Assembly (NCBI GenBank): GCA_965205655.1 | Contig: CBDBIJ010000029.1 | Location: 32,001 to 96,000, forward strand | Direction: 5' to 3' | Length of the DNA: 64,000 bases | Origin: Candidatus Latescibacterota bacterium | GTDB taxonomy: Bacteria; Latescibacterota; UBA2968; UBA8231 | Shown here: piece after piece, positions 30,802 to 40,172 of the stretch | How positions within the stretch are numbered: the first letter of the stretch is position 1 | Layout: the number at the start of each line of letters is the position of its first letter | Translations under genes and position numbers: made by a program | Notes under the pieces: generated by a model | What the model was told of the DNA's origin: nothing | Databases searched by the model: none | Seen by the model: the letters and a program-made list of their open reading frames with translations, nothing else

Positions 30802-31901
30802 TTCGCAGTCGGTTCAGCTCGGGCTTTGTTCTTTTTCCTGCGACGGGGTTGTGGCCCATAGTCGCCGAGCTCGCCCTGGCGCCAGGCGCCTATGTAGTTG
30901 GCGCAGTGCTCGTCCCTGCCCATGAGCACATCTTCGGCCAGCTCATACGGACGCGACTGGCGGTCGAGCGCAAAGACTTCATCCGGCCGGCTGGTCACCG
31001 GGTCGATGATACCGCTATTGGCGCCGGCCTCAACGGCCAGAATCATGAAGACGTCATTGATCATCTTGCGGCTGGGGATTCCGAAAGAGACGTTGCTCAT
31101 GCCGCCGCTGATATGGATGGCCGGGCCGTATTTCGCTCTGAGCTGTCGAATGGCATCGAAAGCGTGGAGCCCGAATTGGCTGTCGACGGAGATGGGGAAG
31201 TAGAGGGGATCGACGAACACGTCCTCCAGGGCGATCCCCTTCTCCAGGGCCGTGTCGATGACGCTTGAGGCGTTGTCGATGCGCTCCTCCGCGCTCTGGG
31301 GCATGCCGCTGTCGCCGGAAGCGGTGACGACGACGCGGGCGTCGTTCGAGACCGCCAGATCGAGCACATCGAGACGCTCGAGGGATGCCGAGTTGAGGAG
31401 TGGACGGCCCCTGCCTCCATCGACGGTCGCTTCGATACCCACCCGAAGTACATCGGCATTCGACGAGTCGACGGAAACGGGAACATCCGTCATCTCCTGA
31501 ACGATTTTCACGAGCCAGATCATGGCCGTCTCCTGATCCTTGGGCTTCAAGGAGATCTCGTCCACGTTCAGGTCGAGAAAATCGGCGCCAGCCTGCTCCT
31601 GCCGTTGCACCTGGCGGCGGAGGTAGGCCATTCCCTCCGCGCTCGCTGCTCCGTCCTCCGACATGGCCGCCTGGATGGCGATCTTCATGTGCTTCACCCG
31701 GCCTTCTTCGTAGTCCTGCGTTTTCTTGAACTCTTCTGGGATGGGGAGGAAGCGCGGCTCTCCGTCGGTCGATCTGTAGCGAATGGCATCGGTGCCATCG
31801 TCGGTCGTGGTGACCAGTTTGCCGCGGCGCATGACTACGCGAGTGGTGTGGATGTTTTCACCGATGATGACGAAATCGATATCGGGGGCCCGCAGTTTCA
31901 T
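30798..31901 (-). CDS. pterin-binding methyltetrahydrofolate:corrinoid methyltransferase (MeTr/AcsE-like)
   Basis: IIGENI, AGAD.LD.N, SVDS, NS, DPL, G.SNVSFG.P.R. Confidence 0.88.
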   Translation of the reverse strand: MKLRAPDIDFVIIGENIHTTRVVMRRGKLVTTTDDGTDAIRYRSTDGEPRFLPIPEEFKKTQDYEEGRVKHMKIAIQAAMSEDGAASAEGMAYLRRQVQRQEQAGADFLDLNVDEISLKPKDQETAMIWLVKIVQEMTDVPVSVDSSNADVLRVGIEATVDGGRGRPLLNSASLERLDVLDLAVSNDARVVVTASGDSGMPQSAEERIDNASSVIDTALEKGIALEDVFVDPLYFPISVDSQFGLHAFDAIRQLRAKYGPAIHISGGMSNVSFGIPSRKMINDVFMILAVEAGANSGIIDPVTSRPDEVFALDRQSRPYELAEDVLMGRDEHCANYIGAWRQGELGDYGPQPRRRKKNKARAEPTAK

Positions 31902-31902
31902 C

Positions 31903-33633
31903 CTATGGCGCTACTTTCTGGCGCCCGGCTTCCTCGGTGCCCTGTGGTGGGTCGGTGTCCCGAGCGGGAGTCGGCTCTTTCGCAGGGGCAGAATCCTTCT
32001 CCGTTGTTTTCGCGCCGCCGCAAACGCCATCGAGTCCATCGGCGCTGTGGGCGTGATGGTCCCGGTCCAAGAAGGCGTTGCCCCAGGCGCTCGTACCCTT
32101 GAGGGCGCCGTCGCGAAATACGACCGGGCGGTCGAGCATCTGCTCCTCTTCACCGTACGCCTTGAGTCGATCATAGGCCAGTGCCCAGATGCAGTCTTTC
32201 TCGCCGACTTCGCACTTGCCTTCCCTGGTGCCTCCGCATGGACCGTTGCGCTGGTTCTTGACGCACTGGGACTCGGGACACAGAAAGGCGATGTCCGGAA
32301 GGGAGCAGTCGCCGCAGTCGCGGCAGTCAAAGGCCGGCATCTTCAATGCCTGTTCGACGGCATGCATGGTCTTTCGCACCCCAGATCCGGCGTTGTCGGC
32401 CGCTTCGTACAGCTTGACGCCGATCGCGTGGGCGACGTGACCCGGTTCGAACACCCTGTCGTGAAGTCTGCGATTGAGCTTGTAGGAGAAGGGGACACGG
32501 CGGCGTAGAGCTCGCCGCTCCTTCGGGTTCCTCGAGTCGAGGTAGCGCTGGTCGATGCAGGTCGAGCTGAGGCCGGTGGTCGGGTCCGGCTCAAAAAAAT
32601 AGAACTCGTCGGGCAGGTCGTAGGCGAACTCGCCGGCGAACTGCTTCCAGTCGTCGTCGGAGAAACTGTCCGTCCGCTCGAGAATGCGCTCGTAGTCCTC
32701 GTACTGCAGATGCCCCCCGAGGTAGGCGCCGCGATATCCCAAGCCCTTCGCAACGGCACACTGCTTGGCGGCGAATTCGAGAAAGAAGGCCTTGCCCTTG
32801 TCGCGATCGCCGCCCCGTTTTTCGGTGAGCGCGAAGAGCTCGTCTGTGACTACGACCCCGGGAATATTGCCGCCGTGAAAATACCGCGCCGCCGGCGCGC
32901 TCAGCACGTAGACGTTGGCGATGGTGGGGATGTCGTCCATTCCTTTCAACGACATGTATTTGAGGAGCTCATCCTGCTTGCGCGAGTTGTAGCCGATCTG
33001 ATTGATGACGAAAGCCGCCCCCGCCTCGACCTTCTTGGCCAATTTGAAATACTGGGGCATGACTTCGCGCTCGTGGCGCTTGAAATTGTTGACCACCGTC
33101 CCAAGGAAGAAGCTTGTCCGCTTCATTCTGGAGATGCGGCCCTTCGGCGTCTTTGCCTGCAAACCGGCGTTCATGTCCGACAGCATCTTGAGCAGGCCAG
33201 CGGAATCGATGTCGAACACACCGGACGCGGTTCCCTGAAACCCGGCGATGGGGTAGTCGCCGGAGAGAGTCAGAATGTTGTCAAACCCCTCGCTGGCCAG
33301 CTGCCAGGCCTTGCTCTGCAGGCCGTTGCGGTTCCAGTCCTTGCACGACAGGTGAATGATGACGTCCTGGCCACGCGACAGCAGGTCGGTTCCCAGCGTG
33401 TCGGCGCTGAGGACGGCGTTGCCGCCGGGATTGTCGGTGATGCTCAGCCCGTGAACGCCCGGGTGCTGCGCCAAAGCCCTCGCCACCTGCATGACGCGGC
33501 GGCCGCTGCGCTCCGTGATGAGGCCGCGCGAGTTGACGAGCTCCACCATGTTGACGAAGGTGTCTGTTCGCTCGAGGAGATGGCGCAAGGTGCGCTTCTG
33601 CCAGGCGCTGAAAGGGGTGGTTTTCTCACTCAT
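31903..33633 (-). CDS. metF: methylenetetrahydrofolate reductase fused to a MetV-like Cys-rich C-terminal domain
   Basis: ITDNP.G, HLSCKD.NR, L.GD, K..AGA.F...Q; C-terminal CRDCGDC...CPESQC.K..RNGPCGG...CEV...CIW. Confidence 0.85.
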   Translation of the reverse strand: MSEKTTPFSAWQKRTLRHLLERTDTFVNMVELVNSRGLITERSGRRVMQVARALAQHPGVHGLSITDNPGGNAVLSADTLGTDLLSRGQDVIIHLSCKDWNRNGLQSKAWQLASEGFDNILTLSGDYPIAGFQGTASGVFDIDSAGLLKMLSDMNAGLQAKTPKGRISRMKRTSFFLGTVVNNFKRHEREVMPQYFKLAKKVEAGAAFVINQIGYNSRKQDELLKYMSLKGMDDIPTIANVYVLSAPAARYFHGGNIPGVVVTDELFALTEKRGGDRDKGKAFFLEFAAKQCAVAKGLGYRGAYLGGHLQYEDYERILERTDSFSDDDWKQFAGEFAYDLPDEFYFFEPDPTTGLSSTCIDQRYLDSRNPKERRALRRRVPFSYKLNRRLHDRVFEPGHVAHAIGVKLYEAADNAGSGVRKTMHAVEQALKMPAFDCRDCGDCSLPDIAFLCPESQCVKNQRNGPCGGTREGKCEVGEKDCIWALAYDRLKAYGEEEQMLDRPVVFRDGALKGTSAWGNAFLDRDHHAHSADGLDGVCGGAKTTEKDSAPAKEPTPARDTDPPQGTEEAGRQKVAP

Positions 33634-35330
33634 GATCCTGAGACGGCTGCGCTTTCGCGAGCGGCCGTGGCCGCAGCGGCAGCTGCTGTTGGATCCGGAG
33701 GGATCTGCCGCGGCATGGGTTTGAACTGACAGCCTTCGACGAAGACCTCGAAGAAGTCAGGCGTCGTTTCGAGCTCGATGTGGTCAATCTCCTTTACTGC
33801 CTCCTCGATGGCGCTGCGAGCTGTGCGGCTCATGAGAGCCTCCCGGGCCCCCTGCACGGCAGCATTCCCGACCTTTTCGATCCGATCCTCCGGTACCGGG
33901 GCGAGAAAGCCGATATCGATGGCATTGCGAATGTCGATGTAGTTGGCGAATCCACCGGCCAGGTAGAGCTTGGAGACATCAACGGGGTCGACGCCGAAGG
34001 CGCGCAGGGCGATGTACTGGCCGCAGAAGTTGGCCGCTTTGGCCTGGGCGAGATTGCTGGCATCCTCTCTGGAAAAGGTGATGCCGTGCTCGGGAATGAG
34101 CATCATCTCGAACTGCTTCTTGTCCTCGAACACGCCCTTCTCCGTCATCCGTCTCCGCCCTCGCAGCTCGGCGAGCAAGTCGATCAGGCCTGAGCCGCAG
34201 ATCCCCTGCGGTTTCACGTCGCCGATAGTGGCGTACTCGATGTCGCCGGAAGCGGCGATGCGTATCGATTCGATAGCGCCTTCGTAGCCGGGCATGCCGT
34301 AGCGCACCGCGCCGCCGCCTTCGAAAGCGGGGCCCGCCGGACAGGAAGCGGCGAGAATGCGGCCCGCCCCGGCGATGACGACTTCAGTGTTTGTACCGAC
34401 GTCGACGAGCATTTTTATTTCGTCGGAGTCGGCGGACATGTCGAGGGCAAGGAGATCGGCCGCCGTGTCGGCGCCCACATGGCTGGCGATGAGCGGCAAT
34501 CCGTAGAGCCTCGTCTTGATATTCGCCCGCAAGCCCAGACGTCGGGCGAGCTGCACGAGTGCGGTCGTATCGCGCTCACCGGCGCGGTACTCGTGCTCGA
34601 CGAGTGACTTGTACGGTCTCTGGCCGATGCTCTGCACGTCGAGCTTGAAAAGGATGTCCCGCATGGTGGAGTTGCCGGCGACGACGATTTCGTAGATCTC
34701 CTGCCGTTGAAATCCGTAGTGGCTGGCCAGATCCAGGATTTCGTGACTGATCGCATTCGTCACCGCCTTGCGCAACTCACCACGATGCTCGCTCCCGTCG
34801 TACGAAATGCGATTCATGACATCACTGCCGCCGAAGCGCTGCGGGTTTTCGAAGGAGCTCACGTGCACGCATTCGCCCGTCTCCAGGTCGAGGAGTTCCA
34901 TCACCACCGTCGTCGTGCCCAGATCGATGGCGAGGCCGAGCATGTGGCCGCGGTAGCCGTCGATGACCTCTCCGTCGTAGAGCACGTCGTCATCCCGCCT
35001 GGTCACGAATGGGTCCAGCGCGACCTCCTTCTCCTGGGTTAGAGAGAGAATTTTGGGCTTTCGTCGCAGAGGGGTGAATTCGATATCGACATCGTCTCGA
35101 TCGATGACGGCCTGACAGGCGAGGCGATAGCTATCCCGCAGGAACGACTCTGCATCGGTCGGTGGCCGAAGGGCCTCCATGCCCCTGGTGATGTCTACGA
35201 TGCACTCGTGACAGTTGCCGGTGCGATAGCAGGAAGTTGGCACCTGAACCGCGAGGTCGTCGGCATAGTCGAAGATCGTTTTGCCGGGCGATAGCGGGCG
35301 CTCTTCACCGTCGTGGGAAATCGTCGCCAT
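33630..35330 (-). CDS. ASKHA-domain ATP-dependent corrinoid reductive activator (RACE) with N-terminal 2Fe-2S domain
   Basis: C...G.C..C...RLACQA; DLGTTT; G.DV..RI; D.GTN.E; AGPAFEG; GICGSG. Confidence 0.92.
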   Translation of the reverse strand: MATISHDGEERPLSPGKTIFDYADDLAVQVPTSCYRTGNCHECIVDITRGMEALRPPTDAESFLRDSYRLACQAVIDRDDVDIEFTPLRRKPKILSLTQEKEVALDPFVTRRDDDVLYDGEVIDGYRGHMLGLAIDLGTTTVVMELLDLETGECVHVSSFENPQRFGGSDVMNRISYDGSEHRGELRKAVTNAISHEILDLASHYGFQRQEIYEIVVAGNSTMRDILFKLDVQSIGQRPYKSLVEHEYRAGERDTTALVQLARRLGLRANIKTRLYGLPLIASHVGADTAADLLALDMSADSDEIKMLVDVGTNTEVVIAGAGRILAASCPAGPAFEGGGAVRYGMPGYEGAIESIRIAASGDIEYATIGDVKPQGICGSGLIDLLAELRGRRRMTEKGVFEDKKQFEMMLIPEHGITFSREDASNLAQAKAANFCGQYIALRAFGVDPVDVSKLYLAGGFANYIDIRNAIDIGFLAPVPEDRIEKVGNAAVQGAREALMSRTARSAIEEAVKEIDHIELETTPDFFEVFVEGCQFKPMPRQIPPDPTAAAAAATAARESAAVSGS

Positions 35331-35334
35331 CGTC

Positions 35335-35664
35335 TCAGTCGGTGGAATCGTGGTCAGTACGCCGGCGGGCCGCCTGATTCTTGATCTTTTCGATCTTGGC
35401 CTTCGCCTTGTCGTAGGATTGAGGGTCCGACTCCCAGGCCTCGCGATAATCGAAGCGGCCGTCGTGGCCGCACATCAACTCGTCACCCCCTGAAGTGGGG
35501 GGTTGCTGGTTGTGGCAGTGAAACTTCGCCGTGCACTGGTCGAAACGGTTCCGGTACGGGCAGCGGCTGTTGGCCTGCTCGTCGGCATGGGTGACCATAC
35601 CGGCGAACAGCTCTGTAATCCGGTCGAGTCTCTTCTGGAGTTCCTCTTTGGCGATCTCCGCCAT
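35335..35664 (-). CDS. small Cys-rich hypothetical protein
   Basis: RCPYRN...CTA.F.C.NQ...C..D; 3-4 nt gaps to its neighbours in the operon. Confidence 0.75.
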   Translation of the reverse strand: MAEIAKEELQKRLDRITELFAGMVTHADEQANSRCPYRNRFDQCTAKFHCHNQQPPTSGGDELMCGHDGRFDYREAWESDPQSYDKAKAKIEKIKNQAARRRTDHDSTD

Positions 35665-35667
35665 CCG

Positions 35668-36417
35668 TTAAGCGCCGACGCCGGCGAGCTGCTTGGCGAG
35701 AGCGACGCAGGCCAGGGCGTCCTTGCCGTAGCCGTCGGCCCCCATGTCGTCGGCGAACTCCTGGGTCACCGGGGCGCCGCCGACCATGATCTGCACATCA
35801 TCCCTGAGATCGGCATCGATGAACGCCTCGATGGTCTTGCCCATGTTCGGCATCGTCGTCGTCAGCAATGCCGACATGCCCATGAGCGGCGCGCTGTGCT
35901 CCTCCACGGCCTCCATGAACTCATCCTCCGAGGTGTCGACACCGAGGTCGACGACCTCGAAGCCGGCGCCGTTCAGCATCATGATGCACAGGTTCTTGCC
36001 GATGTCGTGGAGGTCTCCTTTCACGGTTCCCATGACCACGGTGCTGAGCTTCTCGACGCCGGATGCCGACAGGATGGGCTCGATATGGGCCATGCCCGCC
36101 TTCATGGCGCGGGCGCAGGCGAGGACTTCCGGTACGAAGATGAAGTTCTCGCGGAACTTGATACCCACGATTCCCATTCCGGCGATGAGACCGTCGTCCA
36201 TGATCTCGAGCGCTTCCACGCCTTCCTCGAGGGCCTGCCTGGTCAACTTATCCACCGTGCCGTGATCGCCTTCGATGAGGGCGGCGGCGGCGTTCTGCAT
36301 CAGAGGGCGCGCCCTGGCGAAGATTTCGATGCTGCGCTCGATCTCCTCGGGGCGCTCGACGTATTCCTCGATCTCGTCGCGAATCGTCTCGTTCTGAATG
36401 TCCGATAGCTCAGCCAT
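35668..36417 (-). CDS. corrinoid (B12-binding) methyl-carrier protein
   Basis: Cap domain GM..VG..F....FVPE; GDLHDIGKN...SALLTTT...GGAP. Confidence 0.95.
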   Translation of the reverse strand: MAELSDIQNETIRDEIEEYVERPEEIERSIEIFARARPLMQNAAAALIEGDHGTVDKLTRQALEEGVEALEIMDDGLIAGMGIVGIKFRENFIFVPEVLACARAMKAGMAHIEPILSASGVEKLSTVVMGTVKGDLHDIGKNLCIMMLNGAGFEVVDLGVDTSEDEFMEAVEEHSAPLMGMSALLTTTMPNMGKTIEAFIDADLRDDVQIMVGGAPVTQEFADDMGADGYGKDALACVALAKQLAGVGA

Positions 36418-36419
36418 GT

Positions 36420-37469
36420 TCAGTTCTTCGATACGTGCTCGGCGTGCCAGTCGCGCACCGCCCTGGGGATCTCTTTCAGGTTATCGATGGAAGTCTGCAG
36501 GGGAATGGCGCACTCCGGACCCACGAGATCGACGCCGGCATCGAGGTTCTTGTAGACTTCCTGTCTCACCGTCTCCGGTCCTTTCGAGAACAGGGTCTCC
36601 GGGTTGTTGATGTTCCCCACAAGGGAGATGCGATTCTTGACGATGTCCATCGACTCTGCCGGCTCGTTCTTCGAATCGTAGTGGAATGCCGCCATGCCGG
36701 TCTGGGCGATGTATTCCATGCGATCGACGGTGCGGCCGCAGATGTGCAGAATCAGGGGAATAGGTATGCGCTCGCAGAATTCGATGTGCATTTCGCGCAG
36801 GTAGCGCTCGTAGTACTCGCCGCTCACCAGATCGCCGGTGGCGTGGTCGGGCAAGGTGAGGCCGTCGGCGCCAGCCTCGATCTGGGCGACCCCGAAATCG
36901 ATCGTCACCTTCTTCAGCTTTTCGAGAATCCGCTTCGTGTGATCGGGATCGTCCAGCGACAGTAGCAGAAAAGGCTCGACTCCGAAGGTGTGATAGGCCA
37001 GCGACCAGGGGCCCATGGTCTTGCCGATGATGGCCACTTCGTCGCCGTATTCCCTTTTGAGAATCTCGATCGCTCTCAGGACACAGCTCGTGTCCTGGTG
37101 CGTCAGCAGGTCGGGAGGGATGACGATATCGTCGGCGGTTTCGTAGATCGGCTCCCGCATTTTCACGGTGGGCCAGTTATCCTTCTGCTCCCACTGAATC
37201 TTGCATCCCAGGGCGGATGACTCCTGGATGATGGTGAAGACAGGCATGATGGAATCGAAACCGAGCTCGGTGTATCCGGTGGCGGCGAGTCGAGCCATGA
37301 GTTCGGGATCACGGTTGGCGTCGGGGAAGGGGGCATCGACGAGATCCATCAGCTCCACAGTGGCAACCGAGGTGGGGTTGCACACCGGCGTTCTGTCCAC
37401 GGCCTCTCGCTTGAAGGCAGCCAGGACCCTCTGGCGTCCACTCATTGCTTTCGGTGTCCGATCGCTCAT
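36420..37469 (-). CDS. MtaA/CmuA-family (URO-D fold) corrinoid methyltransferase
   Basis: DR.PV, E..ALGC, GP.SLA, Zn motif LHICG...PEC, GNI. Confidence 0.88.
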   Translation of the reverse strand: MSDRTPKAMSGRQRVLAAFKREAVDRTPVCNPTSVATVELMDLVDAPFPDANRDPELMARLAATGYTELGFDSIMPVFTIIQESSALGCKIQWEQKDNWPTVKMREPIYETADDIVIPPDLLTHQDTSCVLRAIEILKREYGDEVAIIGKTMGPWSLAYHTFGVEPFLLLSLDDPDHTKRILEKLKKVTIDFGVAQIEAGADGLTLPDHATGDLVSGEYYERYLREMHIEFCERIPIPLILHICGRTVDRMEYIAQTGMAAFHYDSKNEPAESMDIVKNRISLVGNINNPETLFSKGPETVRQEVYKNLDAGVDLVGPECAIPLQTSIDNLKEIPRAVRDWHAEHVSKN

Positions 37470-37478
37470 AGCTCTTCC

Positions 37479-38114
37479 TCACCTCTGTTGGCTCGGGGCG
37501 GCGAGAACGCCGCCGCCCGATTGGTCCTGCTCTCTCATGGCGGCACGCACGTTCGGCGCGCGCACGAGCAACAACCCCGCGAGTGCGTGATGGTCACAGG
37601 CGCAGTCGAAGGCGACGATGTTGTCGGCCTCCGACTCCAGCGTCATTTCGCCCAGTTTGACGAGGCCGCCGGAGATGGCGGAGACTCGCCGACTGTTGTC
37701 GTCGTCGTCCCCTTCAGCGGTGACCTGATATCTTCCATCCCCCGTGGCGACGACGGTGACGTCCCTGTCCGCCTTCTTATCGAAGATGGTCAGCGGCCTG
37801 GGCTCGAGCGTGCCGCCGGTTACCAGCTTGCAGGCTTCGAGGAACACCCTCTTGCACGCCTTGAAATGCCCGGATCCGCAGGGGAAGCGGAGCGTGTGCT
37901 CGCTCTCTGTGCGCTCCATACCGCCGAGCACCGTCATCGCCTCAGCGACAAAATCGATGCGGACCGCAGCGTTATCCTTCGAGCTGTAGGTATGAACGAG
38001 AAATTCGGAGCCGCCCTCCCCATCCTGCTCGTAGAGAGCGATGGATATGTCGCCAAAGTGCGAATCGATGGGCAGGAGCTCGATCCGCCTGCCGAGATCA
38101 AGGGTCAAGCCCAT
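37479..38114 (-). CDS. hypothetical protein, first gene of the corrinoid operon
   Basis: Strong RBS GGAGAGGGAG; duplicated F.C...H motifs (FPCGSGH, FDCACDH). Confidence 0.75.
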   Translation of the reverse strand: MGLTLDLGRRIELLPIDSHFGDISIALYEQDGEGGSEFLVHTYSSKDNAAVRIDFVAEAMTVLGGMERTESEHTLRFPCGSGHFKACKRVFLEACKLVTGGTLEPRPLTIFDKKADRDVTVVATGDGRYQVTAEGDDDDNSRRVSAISGGLVKLGEMTLESEADNIVAFDCACDHHALAGLLLVRAPNVRAAMREQDQSGGGVLAAPSQQR

Positions 38115-38181
38115 ATCCAACTCCCTCTCCCTCTGCGAGTAAAATCGCTTGACACAGCGTGGCCGGTCCGTTATGAATGGT

Positions 38182-38210
38182 AATATGACTGATGGTCAGA
38201 CCTTTGGCAA
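38182..38210 (-). promoter_or_regulatory. sigma70 promoter of the corrinoid operon with a FadR/GntR-type operator in the spacer
   Basis: Minus strand TTGCCA, 17 nt, CATATT; spacer contains GGTCTGACC (TGGTCAGACCT on +, 38193-38203). Confidence 0.6.
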
Positions 38211-38979
38211 GGAAAAAGCGCTTCCGCCCCCAGAGGCCGTCGACGAGCTTCGGCCGATCCCTCGTAGCTCGGTGAGCGACGCCATCGTTGACCAACTCAT
38301 CGACCTCATCACCCGGGAAGTGCTCAAGCCAGGCGATCGTCTGCCGTCAGAGCGCGAACTCTGCAAACGATTCGGCGTCGGGCGCACATCGGTCCGGGAA
38401 GCTCTGCGTTCACTCGCCGTCATGGGGATCCTCGACGGCAGGGTGGGGGACGGGACCTTCGTGTCCGACAACCGCCGATACCTCGAGCGGACTCTCCAAT
38501 GGGGACTGCTCCTAGACCCCAAGAAGGTCGACGATCTCATAGAGACCCGTCTCATGCTCGAGTCGAACACGGCCTGTTGGGCAGCCGAACGAGCCGTCGA
38601 AGAGAATCTCACGCAGATGCGTGGATCCCTCGATGGCATGGAACGATCGATCGGTGAACCCGAGCGCTTTCTGGAATTCGATCTCCAGTTCCATCTCGAG
38701 ATCGCGCTCGCGAGTCACAACTCCATCCTCCACAATCTCGTGAGCATGATCCGGGGCTATTTGCAGGAGTGGATCGAGGGAAGCCTGAAAACGCCCTCTT
38801 CCGCAGCGACGGAGCGGGCGCGCCTCTCCGTGTCACAGCACCGTTCCATCGTCGCCGCCATCGCTGATCGAGATGGCGATCTGGCGCGTCGGGAGATGAG
38901 CGGCCACATCCTCTCGAGCAGTCGCGACCTCCGGGATCACATCGGGGTCGATTCGGATAATGATTCGGATAATGGTTGA
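38185..38979 (+). CDS. FadR/GntR family transcriptional regulator
   Basis: LKPGDRLPSERELC..FGVGR.SVREAL; FCD domain D..FH; start codon uncertain. Confidence 0.93.
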   Translation: MTDGQTFGKEKALPPPEAVDELRPIPRSSVSDAIVDQLIDLITREVLKPGDRLPSERELCKRFGVGRTSVREALRSLAVMGILDGRVGDGTFVSDNRRYLERTLQWGLLLDPKKVDDLIETRLMLESNTACWAAERAVEENLTQMRGSLDGMERSIGEPERFLEFDLQFHLEIALASHNSILHNLVSMIRGYLQEWIEGSLKTPSSAATERARLSVSQHRSIVAAIADRDGDLARREMSGHILSSSRDLRDHIGVDSDNDSDNG

Positions 38980-38984
38980 GTGAG

Positions 38985-40167
38985 CTAGTGTATTGTCGTA
39001 TAAATAACTTGTACTAGTACAGTTGTGTGGTTAAGTTTCATCCAGACCTATTCCACAAACAAGGAACGGAGGAAACTCATGCCACGCGGACGCTTTCTTC
39101 CACCTCTCGAAATGACGGGGCAAACTCGGCAGCAATTGGAATCAATGGCCAAATCTCGATCCCTGCCGCACGGTTTGGTGCGACGCGCCGAGATCGTGTT
39201 GCTGGCCGCCGAGGGATGGCCCAACAAGGCCATCGGCGAAGCTGTGGGGCTGTCACAAGTGACCGTCGGCAAGTGGCGTCGTCGCTTCGTGGAAAACGGC
39301 CTCAACGGGTTGTACGACGAGCTGCGACCCGGTGCGCCCCGATCGATCTCGGACGAACAAGTGGCCGAGGTGGTATACAAGACACTGAAGACCAAGCCGG
39401 AGGACAAAACCCAGTGGACGGTGCGCTCCATGGGCGAGGAGACCGGCCTGACCAAGGACGCGGTCCATCGCATCTGGCGCACATTCGGCTTACAGCCGCA
39501 CCGGACCCAGAATTTCAAGCTGTCCACTGATCCTTTCTTCGTGGATAAGGTGCGCGATGTTGTGGGCTTGTATCTCAACCCGCCCGACCATGCCGTCGTC
39601 CTGTGCGTTGACGAGAAGAGCCAAGTGCAGGCTCTGGAGCGCAGTCAGCCGTTGCTGCCGCTGGGCCTGGGCTACGCGGAGGGCGTCACCCACGACTACA
39701 AGCGACACGGCACCACAACGCTGTTTGCCGCTCTGGATGTGGCCACCGGTGAAGTCCTGACTCAGTGCAAGCCTCGTCATCGCCATCAGGAGTTTTTGCA
39801 GTTCCTACGCCATATCGACGCGAACGTGCCTGCGGATCTGGACGTTCACTTGATCGTCGACAACTACGGCACCCACAAGTACGCCAGCGTCAAGAAGTGG
39901 TTGGCCAGCCGGCCCCGATTCCACCTCCACTTTACTCCGACCTACGCCTCGTGGCTCAACCAGGTCGAGATCTGGTTCAACATCATCACGCGGCGAGCCA
40001 TCCGGCGTGGCTCATTCCGCAAGGTCAAAGAGCTCATTCAGAGGATCGAGCGCTACACCGACAAATGGAACGCCAACGCCCATCCCTTTGTGTGGACGGC
40101 CACGGCCGACTCGATCCTTGCCAAGGTCAAACGACTATGTCAATGTATTTCTGCGACGGAACACTAG
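38985..40167 (+). mobile_element. IS630-family insertion sequence, copy 1
   Basis: Ends CTAGTGTATTGTCGTA / TGCGACGGAACACTAG; inserted at CTAG (TA duplication). Confidence 0.93.
39079..40167 (+). CDS. IS630 transposase
   Basis: [29 protein letters not shown]. Confidence 0.95.
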   Translation: MPRGRFLPPLEMTGQTRQQLESMAKSRSLPHGLVRRAEIVLLAAEGWPNKAIGEAVGLSQVTVGKWRRRFVENGLNGLYDELRPGAPRSISDEQVAEVVYKTLKTKPEDKTQWTVRSMGEETGLTKDAVHRIWRTFGLQPHRTQNFKLSTDPFFVDKVRDVVGLYLNPPDHAVVLCVDEKSQVQALERSQPLLPLGLGYAEGVTHDYKRHGTTTLFAALDVATGEVLTQCKPRHRHQEFLQFLRHIDANVPADLDVHLIVDNYGTHKYASVKKWLASRPRFHLHFTPTYASWLNQVEIWFNIITRRAIRRGSFRKVKELIQRIERYTDKWNANAHPFVWTATADSILAKVKRLCQCISATEH

Positions 40168-40172
40168 GAACC

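Noticed and set aside
38115..38184. Cobalamin or SAM riboswitch ahead of the B12 operon
   Set aside because: Leader is only about 60 nt and has no recognisable B12-box or S-box.
38950..38973. 12-bp duplication GATTCGGATAAT x2, and the 9-bp LGF repeat near 7493-7519
   Set aside because: Short in-frame slippage with no evident function.
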